Below are positions 34,004 through 38,729 of a DNA stretch of 38,729 nucleotides, piece after piece; positions within the stretch are counted from its first letter, which is position 1; each line of letters opens with the position of its first letter. Both the position numbers and the translations under genes were made by a program. Under the pieces are notes generated by a model. That model searched no databases. It saw nothing but the letters and a program-made list of their open reading frames with translations, and had not been told where the DNA came from. The stretch is from a virus (lineage: Duplodnaviria > Caudoviricetes). The stretch lies in IMG/VR virus record IMGVR_UViG_3300049472_000070, positions 1 to 38,729 of that record, one strand, 5' to 3'.

Positions 34004-36495
34004 GCGTTTGCGATGACCTGATCCGTGCGGCCTATGGCGACGAGGGCGACAAGCTGTCGGCGGCTGAAATCAAGAAGCTGAAAAACGCGCTGGTTCGTGC
34101 GGCCAAGGAAAAGCAGGCGCGTGACCCGAGCGTGAGTTCCAATGACGCGCTGACGGTGGTGGCCGACGAGTTCGCGCAGAACGCGGAACGGGCGGCCATG
34201 ATTCGCAAGCGCAACGAAATCCTTGGACTCAAGGCGTTCCTGATCGCCCGCGATACCATCCGGACGCAGTACGCCGATGACCCGGCTGCGGGGTTCAAGG
34301 CGCTGGTCGTGGGCATCCAGAACAAGACCGCGACGGCGCGTAGCTCCACTGCGCTTGAGATTGACACGCTGGAACGGTATTACTTCGGTGGGCTGCTGGC
34401 CGATGTGTCTGCGGTGGAGGGCGGCATTGATCTGTTCTCCGCCCCCGGCATGGCGCTGGATATTGCGCGGGCGCTGTGGGCGATTGGCACCGATGGCGGC
34501 AAACTGGACGGACTTGACCCGAGGGCCATTGGGTTTGCCCGCGCCATCCAGAAATGGCAGGAAGTCGCCCGCACCGACGCGAACCGGGCAGGCGCGTGGA
34601 TTGGCAAACTGCCAGGGTACATCGTCACACAGTCGCACGACTCCATGAAGATTCTCGCGGACAAGGCAGGCTGGATGGCGATGATGCGCCAGCGGGCCGA
34701 CCTGCCGCGCATGATGGCCGAAACCGGCGCGGAGTCTGCGGAGGAACTGTTGGAGTCCATCTACAAGGGGCTGGCATCGGGCATCCACTTGAAGTCCCCC
34801 GGTGAGCCGCGCAATACGGGCGGCCCGAGCCTGCGCGGCATGTCCAAGGGCGTGTCGCAGGAGCGCGTGATTCACTTCAAGTCGGCGGACGATTGGTTCG
34901 AATACAACGCCGAGTTCGGCGCGAACAATATGTACGAAGCGGTGCTGGGCGGCCTGAAAAACATGGCGCGGGCAACGGGCGTCATGCGGAAGCTGGGGCC
35001 GAACCATGAGTCCACAGTGACGCGGCTGATGGGTTCGATTGCCGAGGATTTGCGCGATGACCCCGGCAAGGCCAAGGCGTTCCAGCAGACGGCCAAGCGT
35101 TACCTGAATTGGTACGTGAAGGAAGTGGACGGGTCGCTGGACATCCCCGGCAACGAGCCGCTGGCGACATGGGCGGCATCGGTACGCAGTATTCAGAACA
35201 TGGCCTCCTTGGGCGGATCGCTGCTGGCAAGCGTTGGTGATTTGGGCGTGATGATGGTGGGGGCCAAGCACCTTGGCGAAAACGGATTCAGCACGGTAGC
35301 CAAGGGCATTGGCCGCATGTTCTCCGGGGTGCCGAAAGGCGAACGGCTGGGACTGTACGCTGACCTGGGGCTGGCGCTGGAATCCATGCTTGGCAAGTTC
35401 GCCACCAGCCGGTTCTCGGTGGATGACGGTGTGCCGGGGATGCTGGGCGAGTGGCAAAAGACGTTCTTCACGCTCAACGGACAGAACCGATGGACGGATG
35501 CCATGCGTTCGTCCATTGCCGAGTTCATCTCGCTGTCCTTTGCACGGCGGGCGGCGTCGGCGTTTGATGACCTGCCGCCCGAGCTTCGCAGCACGATGGG
35601 GCTGTACGGGCTGGACGCCGGGAAGTGGGACATCATCCGGGCCGGGACGCTGCGCGAACTGGACGGCAATCGGTTCCTGACCCCCAGTGGCATCCAAGAC
35701 CTGCCGGACGAAGTGTTTGCGAAGTACCTGGCCGACAAGGGGTTCAAGACCAGCGAGGCCGCCATCCGCGAACTGCGCGACGAGATTCAGGGCCAGATGC
35801 GGATGCTGTTCGTTGACCAGAACGGCTACATGCTGCTGACCCCGGACGCGGCCACGCGAGGGCTGATGAAGGGTGGCACCCAAAAGGGAACCCCGATTGG
35901 CGAGGCCATCCGCCTGATGATGCAGTTCAAGTCGTTCACCATCGCGTTCTCGCAGCGCACCATTCGCCGGGAATACAAGCACAACGGCATGATGGGCATT
36001 GCCCGGATGATGGCCTACACCACAATGGCGGGCTACGGGGCGATGTATCTTAAGGACTTGGCGAAGGGCAAGGTTCCCCGCTACCCGTTTGATGGCCGCA
36101 CGGCCCTTGCCGCAATGCAGCAGGGCGGCGGGCTTGGCATCTACGGCGACCTGTTGTTCAGCCAGTTGATCGAACGCCGGGCGCAGGACGCGACCATCCA
36201 GGCGCTAGGCCCCACGGCGGCGGATGCGGCGGCCCTACTGAACATCGGGGCGAGGGCGATTTCGGGGAACGACCCCAGCGCGGCGGCGGTACGGCTGGCC
36301 CAGCAGAACCTTCCGTTTGCCAACCTGTTTTACAGTAAACTACTGCTGGATTACCTGATATTCTGGAACTTGCAAGAGGCGGTAAACCCCGGCAGCTTGG
36401 CGCGAATGGAGCGCGAGATGGAGGAGCGCACCGGGCAGCAGATGATGGTTAATCCGCAGGCACGGTTCCCCGAAGCACCGGAGATAAGGCGATGA
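34000..36495 (+). CDS. Large internal virion/DNA ejection protein
   Basis: QSHD, RVIHFKSADDW..Y...FG, QFKSF, GGGLGIYGD.L, PFANLFY (epsilon15/BPP-1 type). Confidence 0.8.
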   Translation: MSVCDDLIRAAYGDEGDKLSAAEIKKLKNALVRAAKEKQARDPSVSSNDALTVVADEFAQNAERAAMIRKRNEILGLKAFLIARDTIRTQYADDPAAGFKALVVGIQNKTATARSSTALEIDTLERYYFGGLLADVSAVEGGIDLFSAPGMALDIARALWAIGTDGGKLDGLDPRAIGFARAIQKWQEVARTDANRAGAWIGKLPGYIVTQSHDSMKILADKAGWMAMMRQRADLPRMMAETGAESAEELLESIYKGLASGIHLKSPGEPRNTGGPSLRGMSKGVSQERVIHFKSADDWFEYNAEFGANNMYEAVLGGLKNMARATGVMRKLGPNHESTVTRLMGSIAEDLRDDPGKAKAFQQTAKRYLNWYVKEVDGSLDIPGNEPLATWAASVRSIQNMASLGGSLLASVGDLGVMMVGAKHLGENGFSTVAKGIGRMFSGVPKGERLGLYADLGLALESMLGKFATSRFSVDDGVPGMLGEWQKTFFTLNGQNRWTDAMRSSIAEFISLSFARRAASAFDDLPPELRSTMGLYGLDAGKWDIIRAGTLRELDGNRFLTPSGIQDLPDEVFAKYLADKGFKTSEAAIRELRDEIQGQMRMLFVDQNGYMLLTPDAATRGLMKGGTQKGTPIGEAIRLMMQFKSFTIAFSQRTIRREYKHNGMMGIARMMAYTTMAGYGAMYLKDLAKGKVPRYPFDGRTALAAMQQGGGLGIYGDLLFSQLIERRAQDATIQALGPTAADAAALLNIGARAISGNDPSAAAVRLAQQNLPFANLFYSKLLLDYLIFWNLQEAVNPGSLARMEREMEERTGQQMMVNPQARFPEAPEIRR

Positions 36496-38171
36496 CCGTT
36501 TCAACCGCGCAAAGCCGGGTCGCGTACCTTGGCAACAACGTCACCGTGCTGTTCCCGGTGCCGTTTCCGTTCATTCAGGACGAATACCTGACCGTCGTTC
36601 GCACGAACAACGCGACCTTGGTGGCGACTCCGTTGATCTTGAACAGCGGCGGCCCTGACGGCTACACCGTGCAGGGCGCAGGCTCCCCGACTGGTTCGGT
36701 GACGGTCGTGACTGCGCCGACTGCATCCGAAACCCTGTCGATCTTCCGGGTCGTGCCTGCCACGCAGGAAGCAGACTTCGTTGCCAACGACCCGTTCCCG
36801 GCTGAAACCTTTGAGGATTCGCTGGACAAGTTGACCATGATTGTCGGCCAGGCCGTGACTGACGTAGGCCGGTCGTTGAAACTGTTTGATGGCGATACCG
36901 ATGGTTCGGGGCGGTACAACGCGAATGGCAATCGGATTGTTGGTTTGACCGAAGGCGTTGATCCAGAAGATGCAGCCACGGTCGGCCAATTGGTTGGCGC
37001 TGGGTCAGGAAATTTCATCCAATCCGGCGTCGGTGCAGTCACCCGCACGATGCAGAACAAGGTGCGCGAGTCGGTTAGCGTCAAGGACTTTGGCGCGGTT
37101 GGCGATGGACTCGTTGACGATACCGCTGCATTTGTTTCTGCAATCGCGGTTGTCGCGACGGGGGGGCTGGTTGAAGTCCCTACTGGCACTTACCTTATTT
37201 CAACCGTAACCATCTCAAAGTCGGTCAGGATACAAGGCAGCGGGAAACTTTCCGCCATAGTTAAAACCGCAGGAGTAACGGCGTTTACGGTTGCGGCAGG
37301 GACTAACAATGTTGAGATTGCCAGCATGGCAATTAACAACGCAGGAACTCCATACGCTTCGTTGACTTCCGCGGTTCGCGCAGTAGCTCCCAGCCTTGCT
37401 TCCGGCATCGGCTACCTAAAAATTAGCGATGTAAGCCTTTACCGCTGGGATTTTGCTATCAATGCCCAGTATTGCCAGCTTGGCGTTTTTGAAAACGTCT
37501 ATGCGCTTGATAACTCTACTGCCATTTACACTAAGCGATGCGTGAATATGCAGATAGTCGGACTCCAAGCGGAGCTTTCAAGGTCGTGGGGGATTTACCT
37601 TGACGGCGATTCCGGGTTTATATCGGAAAGTGCTGGCACGATCATCTCAAACGCTCAGCTTGTCAATAATGGTGCCGCTGGCGGCGGAACAGATGGCGGC
37701 AATTTCTACGCTCAGTATCAGGAACATTTTGTTCTTGAGTCATCCATGATTGACGTTCCTTCAACCGGGAGCTTTCACAACGTCAGGATGGTTGAATGTC
37801 AAAGGGCTTGTGTTGCAAACAATTGGATCGGCGCGTCAAAGAATGTGGGGGTTTTTACCACAGATTGTGTTGATTGCATTATCCAAGGGAACAACATTGT
37901 TTCTTCGGTATCTTATGGCGTTGGAGCGCAGCGAAGCACCCGATGTGTTTTCCAGGGGAATGTCTTTACTGCAAACGGAGCGACTGACATTCTTATTTAC
38001 GGGACTACCGGGCTTGGCAATGTCGTTTCAGGCAATGTTTGCGGCTCCACTGTTTCCGCGCAAAGCATACAAGAAACGGGGGCATGGAAAACCTGCGCTG
38101 TTGGCAACGCTGTTGAGGGAACCATTGTCCTTGACGGAACCAGCACGAACATCGGGAATCAAACGATATGA
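36492..38171 (+). CDS. Tailspike: T7-like N-terminal anchor plus beta-helix (pectate-lyase-like) domain
   Basis: Y.GN.VT..FPVPFPF, E..LDKLTM, VSVKDFGAVGDG..DDTAAF, Asn/Gly-rich beta-helix repeats. Confidence 0.85.
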   Translation: MTVSTAQSRVAYLGNNVTVLFPVPFPFIQDEYLTVVRTNNATLVATPLILNSGGPDGYTVQGAGSPTGSVTVVTAPTASETLSIFRVVPATQEADFVANDPFPAETFEDSLDKLTMIVGQAVTDVGRSLKLFDGDTDGSGRYNANGNRIVGLTEGVDPEDAATVGQLVGAGSGNFIQSGVGAVTRTMQNKVRESVSVKDFGAVGDGLVDDTAAFVSAIAVVATGGLVEVPTGTYLISTVTISKSVRIQGSGKLSAIVKTAGVTAFTVAAGTNNVEIASMAINNAGTPYASLTSAVRAVAPSLASGIGYLKISDVSLYRWDFAINAQYCQLGVFENVYALDNSTAIYTKRCVNMQIVGLQAELSRSWGIYLDGDSGFISESAGTIISNAQLVNNGAAGGGTDGGNFYAQYQEHFVLESSMIDVPSTGSFHNVRMVECQRACVANNWIGASKNVGVFTTDCVDCIIQGNNIVSSVSYGVGAQRSTRCVFQGNVFTANGATDILIYGTTGLGNVVSGNVCGSTVSAQSIQETGAWKTCAVGNAVEGTIVLDGTSTNIGNQTI

Positions 38172-38479
38172 GGATTTTCATTGCCGCAATTGTTGCTTCC
38201 CCTGCCGTAGCGTTTGCGGCCACCCCCGTTGGAGGCCCATCATGGGAAAGTATTGGCCTGGGCGCAGTCGGCCTTATTGTTGCGATGGTCGGAGCCTACG
38301 CAAAAGGCGTGGCGGATCGGGTGTCGCACATTGAGGAAAAGATTGGCGAACTTAATACTTTCATCCTGCGCGAGTACCATCCGAAGGCCGACATCAAGAT
38401 GATGCTGGATGAAATCAAGACTTCGATGCAGTCGCTCCATGCGAAGTTTGAGAAGTTTGAAGGTTTGTATGGACGATGA
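38168..38479 (+). CDS. Membrane protein with C-terminal coiled coil (holin/antiholin-like)
   Basis: Two hydrophobic segments and a charged tail; start of lysis region. Confidence 0.55.
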   Translation: MRIFIAAIVASPAVAFAATPVGGPSWESIGLGAVGLIVAMVGAYAKGVADRVSHIEEKIGELNTFILREYHPKADIKMMLDEIKTSMQSLHAKFEKFEGLYGR

Positions 38480-38729
38480 ACTGCGCCGGTTTGAGAGGGC
38501 GGTTGACCGACTGGCCGAGGCTATGTCGGTTCCCACCAACTCCGGAAGCCAGGCCACCATCACGCTGAACGCAGGGGGCGTGGGCGTCTGGATTGCCGTA
38601 ACCTGTTGCGCTGTCATGCTGGCCGGTAACATCGCGCTGATGGCAATGCTGGTATCTCACGACCGCAAGATTGATGATTTGCAGCACTACCTGAACGCGA
38701 TCTACATGGTCGCGCCCTCCCTGAAACCG
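38469..38729 (+). CDS. Single-TM lysis-region protein, runs off window end
   Basis: Read manually: MDDELRRFE...NAGGVGVWIAVTCCAVMLAG...YLNAIYMVAPSLKP; no stop before the end. Confidence 0.65.
   Translation, partial: MDDELRRFERAVDRLAEAMSVPTNSGSQATITLNAGGVGVWIAVTCCAVMLAGNIALMAMLVSHDRKIDDLQHYLNAIYMVAPSLKP

Noticed and set aside
33130-35982. 950-aa antisense ORF (also 18581-20596, 30795-32279, 27375-28478)
   Set aside because: Antisense shadows of GC-rich genes with no recognisable motifs, unlike the nested HNH and Rz1
36492-38729. BPP-1-type diversity-generating retroelement
   Set aside because: No reverse transcriptase and no TR/VR repeat pair seen despite BPP-1-like virion genes

Overview
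The window is essentially one complete, circularly permuted genome of a GC-rich podovirus with BPP-1/epsilon15/T7-like virion genes. The lysis cassette is split across the two ends. Gene order: endolysin, holin, Rz/Rz1; leftward RecT/YqaJ recombination genes; a divergent promoter region; SF2 helicase, Mom-like DNA modification enzyme and VRR-NUC nuclease; a block of small mosaic early genes; an SSB-like protein and a DnaB-NTD/DUF3987 replicase; leftward early genes; a noncoding block (iteron array, IHF site, dif-like XerCD site); terS, terL, portal, scaffold, capsid, tail tube, ejection proteins and tailspike. I found no integrase, CI-type repressor, DNA polymerase or RNA polymerase. A proteobacterial host, probably Xanthomonadaceae-like, is an inference from recalled similarity of the DnaB N-terminal domain and the lysis genes. 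The most striking feature is a dual-coding intein in TerL. Its central region has no endonuclease in the intein frame, but a complete HNH/zinc-finger endonuclease is encoded in an overlapping frame on the same strand. Second is a dif-like Xer site with an adjacent IHF site next to the putative origin in an integrase-less tailed phage. All family assignments come from motif recognition by eye; no database search was run.
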